Positions 1-13,190 of a DNA stretch of 44,818 nt are shown piece after piece. The notes beneath the pieces were generated by a model, which did no database searches, was not told where the DNA came from, and worked only from the letters and a program-made list of their open reading frames with translations. Location: NCBI RefSeq assembly GCF_001194135.2, contig NC_068990.1, positions 80,522,623 through 80,567,440 on the forward strand. Direction: 5' to 3'. A program made the position numbers and the translations under genes. This DNA is from Octopus bimaculoides. Lineage: Eukaryota. Position 1 is the stretch's first letter, and every line of letters begins with the position of its first letter.

Positions 1-405
1 ATATATATATTTATATACATATATATATGTATATACACTCATATGTAAGCATATGTAAGTATACTTTTCTATGCATAGATACATAAACATTTATATATAT
101 ATTCAAATTAGTTCCTGTTGTGTGTTTTGTGAAAATTTCTGTTTCCCAATATCAAGATCAAAGTGAATGATCAGCTTAGAACATACATTCTCCTAAAACA
201 TAATATTTACCGACAATATATTTTTCAACACATAATTAATTTTCTAATATCTTTCTTAAATAACACTTTACTCATTTCAATTCTTTTATCTGTGTAAAAA
301 CACAGATATTCAATGTATTCCTCTGTCTGTATCTCCACCTTTCACACACGCACACATACAAACACTCACACACATACACACACACTCTCTCTCTGTCTCT
401 CTGTT

Positions 406-465
<60 letters not shown>

Positions 466-854
466 TGTGTATCTAGCTGTAATTCTTTCTCTATGATCTA
501 CACTGACACTTCCCTGTACAATGTTGCAAAATATTTCGCAACAACTTATGTTACTGCGTTATATGGCTCATATATTTTATGTTTTTATTAAAATTTTTAT
601 ATGCTTCAAAGAAGAAGTGTATGTCATTATAGTCATGTGACAGCAGATGTGGGACAGAATATTGTTGAAATACAACTTCGTATTAGTCATTAAAACATAA
701 TATTTTATAAACTAACATTTGAAAATTTTCTACTATATTTTATGGTTAGTTAGTTTTATTTATGAAATTCAGCACAAAGTTATAACAATTTAATTTCACG
801 GTCTTCGTACTGCTCTGATAGTAGTTGACATTGCTTTCAAACATTTTTATGTCT

Positions 855-855
<1 letters not shown>

Positions 856-914
<59 letters not shown>
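856..914 (+). repeat. (TATC)n microsatellite
   Basis: Direct tetranucleotide run. Confidence 0.95.
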
Positions 915-1384
915 TTATCTGTCGGTCTATTTCTCGTAGGCGTGTATGTATGTATATAAACAGATATACATACAAACATACATATATACATACATATATA
1001 TACATACATACATGCATACATACATACATACANNNNNNNNNNTATATAGACAAATGTTTATGTATGTAAATGTGTATATATATATGTACATACTTATATA
1101 TAGATATTTAACGAACTCCTATCAGTTCAGGAAAATTTATATACTGAATACATAGATAAAAGTATATATATGTATAAGAATGCACGCGTCAAAAAACATA
1201 TATACGTATTACCAAGCTAGTAACACCGATGAGCGGACTTATATATATCCAGAAGTTTACGTGGAATATAAAAGAAGGAATTTTATTTGAAAACGTTATT
1301 GAAATTGAGTTTGAGAGTAAGCCTAGCAACATTTTGGTAACATAGCTTTAATTTCACTATCTACGAACAATTATATTGGTTAAT

Positions 1385-1455
1385 ATGCAAGTAGGAATCG
1401 AACCAACCCCTCCCCCTCATTTGCAAGTAAAAGTATTGCTATATATAACTGATTA
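1385..1455 (-). mobile_element. Degenerate tRNA-like (Pol III) head, probably a SINE remnant
   Basis: Minus strand reads ...GGTTGGTTCGATTCC, a B-box match. The upstream arm is decayed and no cloverleaf can be drawn. Confidence 0.25.
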
Positions 1456-2874
1456 TTTTTCCATCTTCGGTTTTATTTGTAAATCCATGATTCGACTTAT
1501 TTTCAAGGAGAAATATTTCCTATGCATCGCAATAAACATTTATGTAAATGTTCCGGGATTGTATTTGCTCATTTAATGAATACATCTTTTAAACTACTTG
1601 GCAAAATGCATCTTTTATATGTAATCAATAGAAAATCTAAAGGTGAATACATTTTATTATTAATCTTAACTTAATAACGTAGTTTTGATATTCATACATT
1701 AATTATTTCAAAACTGTATGAGCAATATATTGTATAAAACAGTCTTTCCTTTAATTCTGTAGCATATTTAAGAGGGACGGAATACTGTCAAGAGGTAACT
1801 ATCCATATATGAGCTCTGCAGAAAGTTTGTAATTATGAATGATAAACTGTTTTCTAGTTAGAAGAAGCAAGCCATTCATTATGATGTTGAGAATATACAT
1901 CAGACAGAAGAAATCACTCATAAAGAGGTAGAGTTATAGGACCGAACTCGAAATTTCCATTGGCCTGCTATTTACATCTAATAGTATCCAATATCGAAAT
2001 ATCAATAATGCTGTATTAGCCGGCTTACAACAACGCAAAACTTCTATCAGATTCCACAAATACGACGCAAGTGTCGAAAAAGTCAAGAAAAAAAAAGAGT
2101 AAAATACTATTTTCTTTAAAAGAGAAAGGACACGTGTGACATGTCGCCTGAGATAAAGTGACAGCAAGATGAAAGGATGATCACCATTGGAACGCTTTTG
2201 GTCATAATTTAACGAAATAAAGATCAACCTAAGTGTTACGCAACAGCAATAACTCTAACGATCTGAGAATTTCATTCCTATATACATAAAATAAATATGA
2301 ACACTTGTAAGAAATACTAGACAAATTTAAACCACATTTCTCCATTTGAAAGTGATATAATGGCTCATTGCATGGAGTACTCGTAAATATACAATGATAA
2401 TGAAATGACTTTTGTGTAAAGGTTGTTCTGGGCTAAGCGGCATAACAAAAGCAAGTCTTTCTTATTTCAAAATGTGCAAATATATCCGATATACATTGTA
2501 GCATAAAAACTATAAAACACATAGCTTATGGATGTTCAAGTACATTAAGGGGAAATTGAATAATGAGACATTTGTCAACGGTTCATTGTAATTTATTATT
2601 TTATGCGACGCAACTCGTATTGTCAAGAAATTAAACTATGACGTGATTACAAATAAATTTAATACAAAGATCGGTGGACGATGTGGTGTGCAGAATTAGG
2701 TTTTATTCTATCGCACTCTAAGATATAATATATATATATTAAGACTGAATACTTTTCATGTTAAGTAACAATGGAGCTCTGATTCTGTTGATCTATGATC
2801 ACAAGCTTATAGGCGATGGTGACCCTGTAGTTTGACGGGTCTCTTGCACTATGTTATATTATATGAACTGGTCT

Positions 2875-2940
2875 ACAATGGTAGGATGCGATTTAATGTA
2901 CATTCCGCTGCAATTTCTAGGACCGAGCGACCGCGTAGAT
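2875..2940 (+). repeat. Old dispersed repeat (family D), 3' portion
   Basis: ggtaggatgcgattt...gctgcaatttctaggaccgagcgacc aligns by eye with copies at 8095, 8680, 9491 and 39452. Confidence 0.45.
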
Positions 2941-3279
2941 AAATTGCTTGTGGACTCGTCAAGGAAAACTACATTTTTATCCAACGTGACTTTTTGTTTT
3001 TTTCAGTAGCGAAAGTAAGGTGCAATTTGAAAGATATATATGTAGCAAGTAAAATCACAGCGTAAAGGCTACGATTGTGTGCAGATTGTGAGGCAAGTCT
3101 GTTAGTAATTTTACATTTTACAGAGAAGGCTGTTTGTATCTATGTTGTCTTAATGCTTAATATATATTAAATCAAATCACTGCTGTTACTCGAAAATGTA
3201 AATGACTTAACTGCAGGAATGTACAGTACTTTCCGTAGTTGTTTTAACATGACTATTTAGTCAGCAGTAAACACAAATA

Positions 3280-3475
3280 AACCTTCGGCACTCCCATTCC
3301 TTCGCCCAGTCTACAGGATCGCGAATGGGCTGCACTTGCACTCATTTGTCAATTAAGCGAACTGGAGAAATAGGTAATGGAGTGCTTCGCCGAAGAACGC
3401 AACATACTACACAATCCGGGAATCGAACCTATAACCCTACTATAACGTGTGGAACATCCTAATTACAAGATCATG
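3280..3475 (-). mobile_element. tRNA-derived SINE, old copy (family C)
   Basis: Minus strand has B-box GGTTCGATTCCCGG at about 3416-3429. It is followed by a body resembling the central 'gtgtccttgagcaagacact...ctccagt' domain of CORE/V-type SINEs (from memory). Confidence 0.6.
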
Positions 3476-4472
3476 AAATTTAAAATCAATTATAAAAAAA
3501 TCGATATGTCTGATTTAAAGTTCTTACACTATAATGCAGAATTTACTGCAGAATTTACAATTCATTGGAATGTTCCATTTTATGCGTAGCTCCCAATATT
3601 TCGTAAAGTAGAAAATGAAGTTCCCTAGTAAAGTACTTTTATATTGTATATTTAAATCAAGGTGAGTGTTTGTTAGGGAAGTGTATCAAGTCTACATTCG
3701 AGGCAATTGGAAATCATAATCTGTAAAATTATGAAAATTCTAATATATTTCATTGAAAGTTCCATTAAAAATAATATATATGTAACGCTGAAAATAATAC
3801 ATCTCTTATATCATAATACAACTGGTCTACCTCAATAAAGCTCACAATTCTCCATATACTTTATAGATTATAGAACTTTGATGGAACATAATATATCTGG
3901 TCATTCACCATGCGTCTGATACTATATGGCTCATTATATATTAGATACATCATTATATATGTAACATAGATCATAAACAAAATCGATGATACATGATGAG
4001 AATTCTAACACTGTGTTTCACGATAACAGAAGCATATTTCTATCTTTCTTTTTTACACCAAAATGTGCAATTGGTGTGTCAATTTAATTTAAAGCTATCG
4101 TAGCTGACTACCGTGTATCGATCTGATATCGTCATATAAAGTCACTTAATTACACCTCAAAGGTTTTCATGATGGCAAACAAGATATACAAGGGAATAAG
4201 AACTTTTTCGATATTATATACAATATATTGAGATTTATGAAATTCGCTAAGCTATGAAAGTCCAGCATCACTTTCGAGATTATACCACTTAAACAGTCAA
4301 CATGAAGGTAATATTTAATATATGCTATAATATAATATATTTATATACATATTAATATACATACATACATACATACATACACACAGACACACATATATGC
4401 ATATATATAACTGAAGTTACATAAAATATGGAGATCAGGTGGTAACGTATAACGCATTGCATTAACATTGAG

Positions 4473-4473
<1 letters not shown>

Positions 4474-4534
<61 letters not shown>

Positions 4535-4541
4535 GTCTATA

Positions 4542-4574
<33 letters not shown>

Positions 4575-4689
4575 TTCTGTCTATCTGTCTATCTATCTAT
4601 CTGTTCGACTGTCTGTCTGTCTGTCTGTCTCTGTATATANNNNNNNNNNNNNNNNNNNNNNNNNNNNNNNNNNNNNNNNNNNNNNNNNN

Positions 4690-4760
<71 letters not shown>
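4474..4760 (+). repeat. (TATC)n/(TGTC)n array, gap, then (GT)n
   Basis: Direct. N run at 4640-4689. Confidence 0.95.
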
Positions 4761-4763
<3 letters not shown>

Positions 4764-4799
4764 AGCATCTTAAAATGTAAATCGATATCATCATTTGCG

Positions 4800-5200
4800 A
4801 AAGATTTATTTCTCCTTTCTTTGGAAATTTGCTGGTCAAGCAAGATGTATACCTTTAACTGCTCTGGCATAGTAGTCGAGTTGATGGAGAGCCCACACAG
4901 AGGTACTTCAATTCATTTGGTGCTGTTCTGCAGCACCAGTTATCTTACAAATGATATTATTTTCAACAGTCAACTTGTCAGTCCGAAGGCATCTACCAGT
5001 GAACTCAGCACGAGATGAGAGGGTGGCTGTTGTTACTTTTTCGCTGCTAGTGCACCATACAATCAGTCTGATGACTGTGTCAAGAGGAATCATGAAATCT
5101 TTTGCAATCTTGCAATGGCTAATTTTGATCTCAGATTGACTCATAATACGTACGCTTTGAAAGTTAGACAACTCTTCTGTTTCTATATGTTTGCCATGGT
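4800..5200 (-). mobile_element. Decayed Tc1/mariner-type transposase remnant (N-terminal paired-like HTH region)
   Basis: The minus-strand peptide ELSNFQSVRIM..ISHCKIAKDFMIPLDTVIRLIVWCTSSEKVTTATLSSRAEFTGRCLRTDKLTVENN follows the Tc1 pattern ELSxFQRxxI..xIAxxxxIPxxTVxxxI..T..RxGRP..TxRDxR.L.R.V..N. It is frameshifted and no TIRs were found. Manual alignment only. Confidence 0.5.
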
Positions 5201-5715
5201 TACCTGCTATAAACCGGAATTTAAAAAACATATTAACATATTTGAAGCAGCATTTAGTGTCTGCACTGATAAAACAATATATTGAGGGGTGTTTGTTTAA
5301 TTTTGAGATGTCTGTGTATATGCATTCACACGTACATGCATACACAACCAACCAAACACACGCAAAGACGCTCACACTCACACAAACACACAAGCACACA
5401 CGCACAGAGCGTTATATAAAATTCCTTTTACGGACACTTGAATCATTTAAACTCTAAAAATTTTATAACAGTCAACGCGTGTGAACATTTGTGTTAAATA
5501 ATATTAGAGTTGCTCTGGAAGTAGTGTATAATTTGTTTACTATTAAACGGATATGTAACTCACCTTCCATATATATGAATACATATATGCATATATGTAT
5601 GTATGTATGTACGTATGTATTTATGTATGTATGTATGTATGTATGTATTTCTGTACGTATGTATGTAGTACGTATGTATGTATGCATGTAGTACGCATTT
5701 ATTTATTTGTATATG

Positions 5716-5755
<40 letters not shown>

Positions 5756-5959
5756 AATGTACCTATGTGTGTGTGGATATATAGCTACAAATAGATACAA
5801 TTATGTATATATGTATATATACATACGTACATATATATATATACACATACATATATATTATATATGATGATATGTACACACAATAAGCACAATAGAAAAC
5901 CTTTAGATTTTGTTATAATATTCGCCATTTTCTTCAATATTTCATCCCTGAGTAGCGAT

Positions 5960-6360
5960 ACTTTTGTGAGTGTATTTCAATAATCCTACAGGATTATTGT
6001 CATTACCAGTATCTCTAATGGATACTACCTGATGCGCTTTACGGTGCAGTTCAGCTGATTGGTAATCAGTCATCTTCCCTTCCAACCTTCATCGACGGAG
6101 CCTAATGGATTTCAGATTTCCCATTTGCATTGCAGCATAAATGTCATCATGATCGATAGTGAACTGGAAAGAATGGTTTATGAGAAAACACAGCAAATTT
6201 ATAACTTTTACGTAAACTTGATAAACACATCTAATGGCCGTGCCTTCATCTTGGGTTATCAAGTCTTGAGTTTCACTATATTGACATAAGATTGATATTT
6301 CGTTCATTTTCTGAAATATGTCAATTATATGGAGATGATCGTGGAGTTCAATGACCAAGG
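5960..6360 (-). mobile_element. Possible decayed LINE (RTE-like) reverse transcriptase fragment
   Basis: Fragments VIELHD, CCVFS*TILSSSLSIMM and IRLRR*RLEGK in different frames echo RTE motifs VIQLHE, GCVLAPTLFSIFFSMM and IRYRxDG. The spacing is imperfect. Confidence 0.2.
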
Positions 6361-7399
6361 TATACTATTTTATTAGCTTCAGGTATTAACCTAGTCGTAT
6401 AATTGTCAATAACATTTGTAAAGTAGATAAGTCGGTGTGCCATAAGAGGAAATAAAATCCTGACCTTTTACACAGGACCCATATAAGAAAATAATAATAA
6501 GATATTCAGTATTGTAATAGTTGTATACTGGTTTCGATCATTGTAAAGATGAATCTGATCGTTAGTGTTGAAAGGAATATTTTGCGTTATTATGCGCAAA
6601 TGTTCCGGCTTCACATTTGCCTTTCATACTTTCATTCTAAAAGAGTTTCTGTTATTATCTGGCACCAGTTTGCAAGTGATCATGCAAACGTACAAGTAAA
6701 AATATTCCTGGCATGGTTATCCTATCATTTTGAATGCTACGATCTATACTGTCCATTTTTTTCTCTGTAATATATTATGGAAGTCAGGTACAGGTAAAAT
6801 ATCTACTGTTTCTAGTAAGGGATACAAACAGGTAAATTCTTCCTTGGTGGCTATCAAGTTATTATCGTTGTTAAATCAAGGTCAATGGCAGAATGATAAA
6901 TGAATGTAATACATATACCATAAATTATTATAAGACATATATTATAAATTATTATCATAAACAGATAACTAATAATTATTTTTTTGCAGTTGTGCACTCA
7001 TTATGTTAACTAGTCACATCTGTTGCATATATCCTAGTAGGGCTAAACCGTAAAATACAGGTTCGGATAACTAACAATACTTTCTTTGCACACTCTTGAT
7101 TTCGTTTCCCCCTAATCAGACATCACCGCATGTACGATAATGAATCTTGCATGAATGAGATGCTCAAAATTTATATGTGAGGTGCAAAGCCGTAACGTAG
7201 GTACAGCACTAAGAAGGCACTCTATTTTATAGGTTCCTGTGGGATGGGAGGCGTAGTTAAGCGCTGTGGGATTTGAGGTTATAATGCAAAGACCCGGAAT
7301 AACGCCATGCAAACTTTTCTCTGGCGCACAAAAGAGTCTTCCAAATACATTAATATCTTTATTCATTAAAACATATATCGAATTTGCGTTCAATGCCAA

Positions 7400-7535
7400 C
7401 TAGTTTTTAGAGGAGGGGTTAGTCGTTTACATTGACCACAGTAATTGACTGCTACTTATTTTACCGAATCTGTAGGAATAATTGACATTGTTGGCATTAG
7501 CAAGATTTGGGCTCAGAACGTAAAGCAGCGAAGCG
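7400..7535 (-). mobile_element. SINE family A, old partial copy
   Basis: gggttagtcgtttacattgaccacagtaattgactgctacttattttaccg...gctcagaacgtaaag matches the minus-strand copy at 23483-23716 with many substitutions. Confidence 0.7.
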
Positions 7536-8094
7536 CTGATTCACTTGGGTGAATAATCCAATAGTGAAAGGAATTTACGTCAAAATTCGAATTTGTAACC
7601 CCAACCCCTTGAAACAAAAACAAACCAAAACAAATGACAATTAATAAAGAAATAATAATAAAACTCTAAATTATGCAGTTGAAACCAGAAATTAACTTAA
7701 ACACGAAAATTTTTTATCAAAATTTAAATTTCATATTACCGGAAATATGCTATTGATGTTGAATTAGTAATCAATACAGATTCAAAATCCATTTCAACCA
7801 ATGACATTGATGCAATTTGAGAACGAGTGTTACTATGATATGGACTTTACCATAGAATATTATTGTTGTAACTTGGAAAGCGATCAACTTACCTGATATA
7901 TATTTTAAAATTTCTGAGTACTGACGTGGTTGAGGAGCACAGTTTATTTTATTCTAGGTGTTTATGGTATTTATTGTAGTTGTTAGTAGTGTCCCTGTTG
8001 CTACTGAAACTGAGGACCTTGTTGCAAGTAAACCCTTAACCGCAATCTTCTTAGTCGTGACCATCATGTCTTTATTTCTTATAGTGTATCTATG

Positions 8095-8185
8095 AAGACA
8101 TTATCCAATGTGAACCTGATTTCTTAAGACTGTTGTGTGAGATTAAGGAGAAGTTTGGCTACTCTTTCTGAAAAAATGACTGAGC
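8095..8185 (+). repeat. Old dispersed repeat (family D)
   Basis: gacattatccaatgtg...cttaagactgttgtgtgagattaaggagaagtttggctact shares its core with 9491 and 39452. Confidence 0.5.
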
Positions 8186-8254
8186 GGGAAAAGAGTATTT
8201 TACCAAATCGTTAGAAGAATGCCTGTTGGAATTTCTCCCCGTTTTTGTTTTTTC

Positions 8255-8335
8255 ATTCCAAGATCAAATATCACCTAGTTCGACTTTGCTTTCATTCTCT
8301 CCGTGTCGATAAAGTCGTAGGAGTCGATCAACCAC
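8255..8335 (+). mobile_element. SINE family A, very old fragment
   Basis: gatcaaatatcacctagttcgactttgctttcattctctccgtgtcgataaa resembles the family A core gttcaaattccgccgaggtcgactttgcctttcatcctttcggggtcgataaa. Confidence 0.5.
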
Positions 8336-9490
8336 ATAAAGGCTCGCTTCCTGAGACACAAAGATTCTGGCCTCGGTATCAATAAAGAAATGGAGTTGGT
8401 CTAACTGATAAACCTCTCCTCAGAAGTAAAATTTGTGATGAGGAGAATCACTGTAGTGTTGCCAAAGATAGCTGCTGTAGTGTTGACTCTTATGTTTTTC
8501 TCGTAGATTATAGTCAGTTGTTTCATGTTTCTTTGCTGATCAACACCAAGCGAAGAAAACTATGATCAAAATGATTCACCGTAAATACCCTCGGTTTCAA
8601 TAAATATTTGAAATGTCTTAAACACTCCTAAAAGGACAAGGTGTTGTATAATAAACAATGCAATATAATATGAATAAGCATTTGGTTACTTTTTCTAGCA
8701 GTCGAGTGACCATTAAGGTGTTGTCTGTTGGCTACAGGTGGCAGTTGCTTTGATATTCAGGATTTTTTGTTGAACTTAGATCAGATGCTGATACTGGAGT
8801 CTTCGTACTTCGTTCATTTTTTGTAAGTGCTTCTGAGGAGTTTTGTAACGTGTACAGTTGTGTGGATTTTCTTGAAGGTTTTTTGTGTAACTGACATAGT
8901 GATACGTGTACGTGCGTTTGAACACGTGTGTGTTACTGTGTGTGTGTGTATGAATGGTCAGATTCTATTCTTGTATGCGTTGTTTGCATAATTAAAATAC
9001 TGATATTTTATCGATAACATCCTTACCATAGGGAGCTCTGATACGTCTTGCTTGTGTTGCTTATATTTGTTTTCAGGTCATTGGCATAAGACCTTGTTGC
9101 TTAAGGCTAAAACTGTTCCAAACGAGCACTTCTATATCAAAACATTCAAACTAAGAATATCTGGTAATTTTATCAGGACGAGTGAATCTCGGAATGCGTT
9201 ATCAAGTACTACACATTTTTTGCAGTAAGAGGGAAAATGGCCCCTATTTCCAGTAGAAGGATTGACTAGGTCAGAACTCTCAACTGGCTCATTCGATTCA
9301 TCTGTTTGTATGTATTATGGGACAGTTTTATAGAGATTAGCAGAAGCCATGCAGTTCGTAATTTAAGTGTGCTAGTTGTATGCATCCATATTGGCAGATA
9401 TTTTTGCCGCTCTTATTTTTTATTAACAATCAATAAAACATTGTTGTATTACTAAAACATCTTTTGTTACTGTGATCATTCATGATCTTA

Positions 9491-9577
9491 GATGACATTA
9501 TTTAATGCGTTTGGCTTTCAAAAATGTTAGGGTGTGATTTGAGGAAAAATTGACTGCTGTTTCTAGTAGGCCAAACG
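9491..9577 (+). repeat. Old dispersed repeat (family D)
   Basis: gacattatttaatgcg...ttagggtgtgatttgaggaaaaattgactgctgtttctagtagg; same core as 8095. Confidence 0.55.
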
Positions 9578-10339
9578 TTTGAGCTGAAAATCTCTGATTG
9601 GTTGTGGCACCACTTTGGTTGAAGGCTTTAAAACTATTGGAGCATTCGAGGAGCTTATTAATGCTCTTGTTGAGGCTGTTATTGTTGCGTTCGTGCTGAT
9701 AGTTCCTCATTGAAAAATGATTAAGTTTTTGTTCTTGATAAAGTTGTTGGCGGCGATGAATTTGAAGATGATTAAGATGGAGATATGTTTAATGATATTG
9801 ATGATACCGTTGCAGGTTTTCATATTATTGTTGTTCTTGTCGGTATTGCTTTTATGTTGGAGATCATGTATGTTAAATGAGAAAGGCGTGGAGGATGTTC
9901 GTGGAATTGCAGTTGGCATTCACGGGAGTTGCAGTTGCAGTGGGTAGGCAGGGAACAAGGGTGTACTGACGACGATGAAAGAGAAAGTGTATGTGAGTGA
10001 GAGAGAGACAGAGAGAGAGAAAAGGGAAAAGAGATAGAAAAGAGAAATAGGGACAGAGATGGAGAAAAACGAACATTTTACATTCTTCATGTCATAGCAG
10101 GTGATAAATATGAATCACGTGATTAATAAATCTGTCAAACAGAATATCTAATCAAACACTTCAGATAATTATTGTAAAAATCGAAGCTGCAAAGAGCTGC
10201 GCAGACGCAATGGAAAGGTAGAACCACAATTAAATGAATACACATATATATTAACACATGGATAGATACATACGTCTATACACAATGAAATAAGTACGAT
10301 TTCATATATACATATCTAATTAGCATACATATAAATATG

Positions 10340-10402
10340 CAAATATATGAATGCATATAATGACGCATATCTATTGTAATATATATTTATACACACGCAT
10401 AA

Positions 10403-10441
<39 letters not shown>

Positions 10442-10591
10442 AGTATATATGTTTGTATATGTATATTTTGTATATGTGTGTCTATATGACTATAGACACA
10501 CACATACGCGCACACACGCAAATATATATGTATATGTATGCCTATATGTTTATGTATATAATATAAAGATATTTACATATATATATGCATT

Positions 10592-10628
<37 letters not shown>

Positions 10629-10850
10629 CAATTATGATTTTATATGCGTGTATGTGTATATATGTACATATATATATATGTATGTATAAATACTTACACC
10701 CACAACAAACTCATATATGTAGCTACATATACATACACATGCACACATGCATATACGGAAAGATATTTACTGACAGAGCCACGAACATGCATATTAATAT
10801 GTGTGTGTATTTATGCTTGTTTATGTACAAATGATATATCTTTATAGTTG

Positions 10851-10883
<33 letters not shown>

Positions 10884-11256
10884 ATATATATATATANNNN
10901 NNNNNNNNNNNNNNNNNNNNNNNNNNNNNNNNNNNNNNNNNNNNNNNNNNNNNNNNNNNNNNNNNNNNNNNNNNNNNNNNNNNNNNNNNNNNNNNNNNNN
11001 NNNNNNNNNNNNNNNNNNNNNNNNNNNNNNNNNNNNNNNNNNNNNNNNNNNNNNNNNNNNNNNNNNNNNNNNNNNNNNNNNNNNNNNNNNNNNNNNNNNN
11101 NNNNNNNNNNNNNNNNNNNNNNNNNNNNNNNNNNNNNNNNNNNNNNNNNNNNNNNNNNNNNNNNNNNNNNNNNNNNNNNNNNNNNNNNNNNNNNNNNNNN
11201 NNNNNNNNNNNNNNNNNNNNNNNNNNNNNNNNNNNNNNNNNNNNNNNNNNNNNNNN

Positions 11257-11299
<43 letters not shown>

Positions 11300-11410
11300 T
11301 ACAGATCTAAATACATACATATATATGTACACATATAAGTGCTTGCACACATATAAACACATACACCGATGCACACACAAACGCAGATATATACATACGT
11401 ATATGTATAG
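10340..11410. repeat. Compound (TA)n/(CA)n/(TACA)n low-complexity region spanning a 360-nt gap
   Basis: Direct. N run at 10897-11256. Confidence 0.9.
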
Positions 11411-11884
11411 ATTTAGATTTTTTAATTGCTGTCTTCTACAATTACTCATATATTTTAATCTCCTCATCATCCAAGCATGTTTCTTAATCTTTACTGGTGT
11501 TGTTTTATAGTTTGATGCAGTATGTAATCTGTCAGTTCCGATTCATATTTTACAAGGCATCCTCTGTAGCTTTATTTAAATGATTTTATTCCTTCAAATT
11601 ATGACAGTTAAGTGCTTGCACCAACAAATTAAAACATAGTCATCGTGTATCAGGAAGCGAGCCTTTATGCAGTTGTTCGATTTCCTCACTGCATGAAGGA
11701 AAATACCTGGAATCCACGTTAGCGTCGTCTAAATTGAAGAAAGCGCGCGAATAAATGTACCTTGAAATATGCTCTGCATGGTCGACGGAAAATAAAAAGG
11801 ACTGATTGATTAATCATAATTGCAAGACTAGATCAAATTTGATCTAATACAAGACAAATACGACCAGCCAGTACGACCACTATC

Positions 11885-11985
11885 ATCAGCGTCACCGCCG
11901 CCGCCAACACCACCACCACCAATGCCAATACGACCACAACGACACCACCGTCACAACCACCGCCGTCACCACCTCCACCACCACT
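11885..11985 (+). repeat. Degenerate (ACC/GCC/ACG)n trinucleotide array
   Basis: caccgccgccgccaacaccaccaccacc...; the 3-nt period is largely maintained. Confidence 0.8.
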
Positions 11986-12584
11986 ATATATAGACATATA
12001 TATATATAACTATTGACGTGTGTGTATATACAAATGGTTAAATAGGCATGAAAATAGCAGACTATATAATCGGAAACATACAGATAGCTTCTGCCAAAAA
12101 TAAGGAAGGTATCACCCTTCATTGCAGGAAAAATATCCATTCAATTGACAAATACCTGTATTATATACATCCCGACAAAACTTATTGCTTTTTCATTTAT
12201 CTATTTATTTTTTTAAAAGATATTGAGTGTATCATGAGAATTATTATCTGGAAGAAGTAAAATGGCTTCTAGATTAGCACTACAATCAAATCTTTGGATG
12301 TTTTAGTTGAGTTTACATTGCGTTCGGAAATGGCGCACCTATATTCGTGTTGGTTTTCATATACGGCTATTAGATTGGGCGTGATTTGTATCATTATTTC
12401 CATATATGGGAATGTCTGTAGAGATTAAGCACTCAACTCAACTTTTAATGTGTAGATTCTTATTAAAATATATATACATATTTAGATCATTAGATTCTGC
12501 GCACAACCGTTTTTAATGCATGACATATAAAACAAGCAAAGGAATGAAGCTTGATTCTTCTCTTCCTCCGTTATTGTATACGAT

Positions 12585-12620
12585 TCTCTCTCTCTCTGTC
12601 TCCCTCTTTTTTTGTATCTG

Positions 12621-12652
<32 letters not shown>

Positions 12653-12728
12653 ACGTGCTCTCTCTCTCTCTCTCTCTCTCTATCTACCTATTTAGCTCAT
12701 CTACCCATCTGCATGTTTGTCTCATATT

Positions 12729-12796
<68 letters not shown>

Positions 12797-12805
12797 TTAC
12801 TACTA
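12585..12805 (+). repeat. (CT)n followed by (ACT)n microsatellite
   Basis: Direct. The (ACT)n run is at about 12729-12805. Confidence 0.95.
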
Positions 12806-13150
12806 TTTGTATATACCAATATATCTCTTCGGCCTATATAGCGTGCATATATATGTGTGTATATATGTAGGCATTTATGTGCGTATGTATGTATGTAAAA
12901 CTTGATAGATAACTTTCGAGTTACGTAGCTCGCAGCAAATTACCTGATGCACAAATAAGCAACTTCAGTGAACGGGTTCACATTAATAAATAGACACTCC
13001 AAACATGCGCGCTCACAAACGGGCATAAGCACGTAACCAATGAAGATATGCGTGTGATTGTAAGTTTAGATGAATCGCAAAGAATGTAGAAAAGATACAA
13101 CTATAGATCTATGATGGCGGTGGTAATCTTACAATGTCACAATACGAATG

Positions 13151-13190
<40 letters not shown>

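Noticed and set aside
1850-2280. Possible transposase or LINE remnant
   Set aside because: There are only short open stretches and no motif I can align with confidence.
5950-6360. Protocadherin-like hints (SFQFTID, YPLEILV, IRDTGNDNNPV)
   Set aside because: The motifs lie in different frames with stops, with no proper DRE or DxNDNxP spacing. An RTE-like reading fits as well, so it is not supportable.
8738-8822. AG...GTAAGT-bounded candidate exon
   Set aside because: The acceptor has a weak polypyrimidine tract, the frame is incompatible with the candidate at 9077, and the peptide is not recognised.
9781-9800. AGATATGTTT match to the 5' end of miR-190
   Set aside because: Only 10 nt match, the sequence diverges afterwards, and no hairpin partner is seen.
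9498-9970. Q/H/N-rich minus-strand ORFs as a coding exon
   Set aside because: The 5' part is a decayed CAA/CAT array with stops, and the 3' end is repeat family D.
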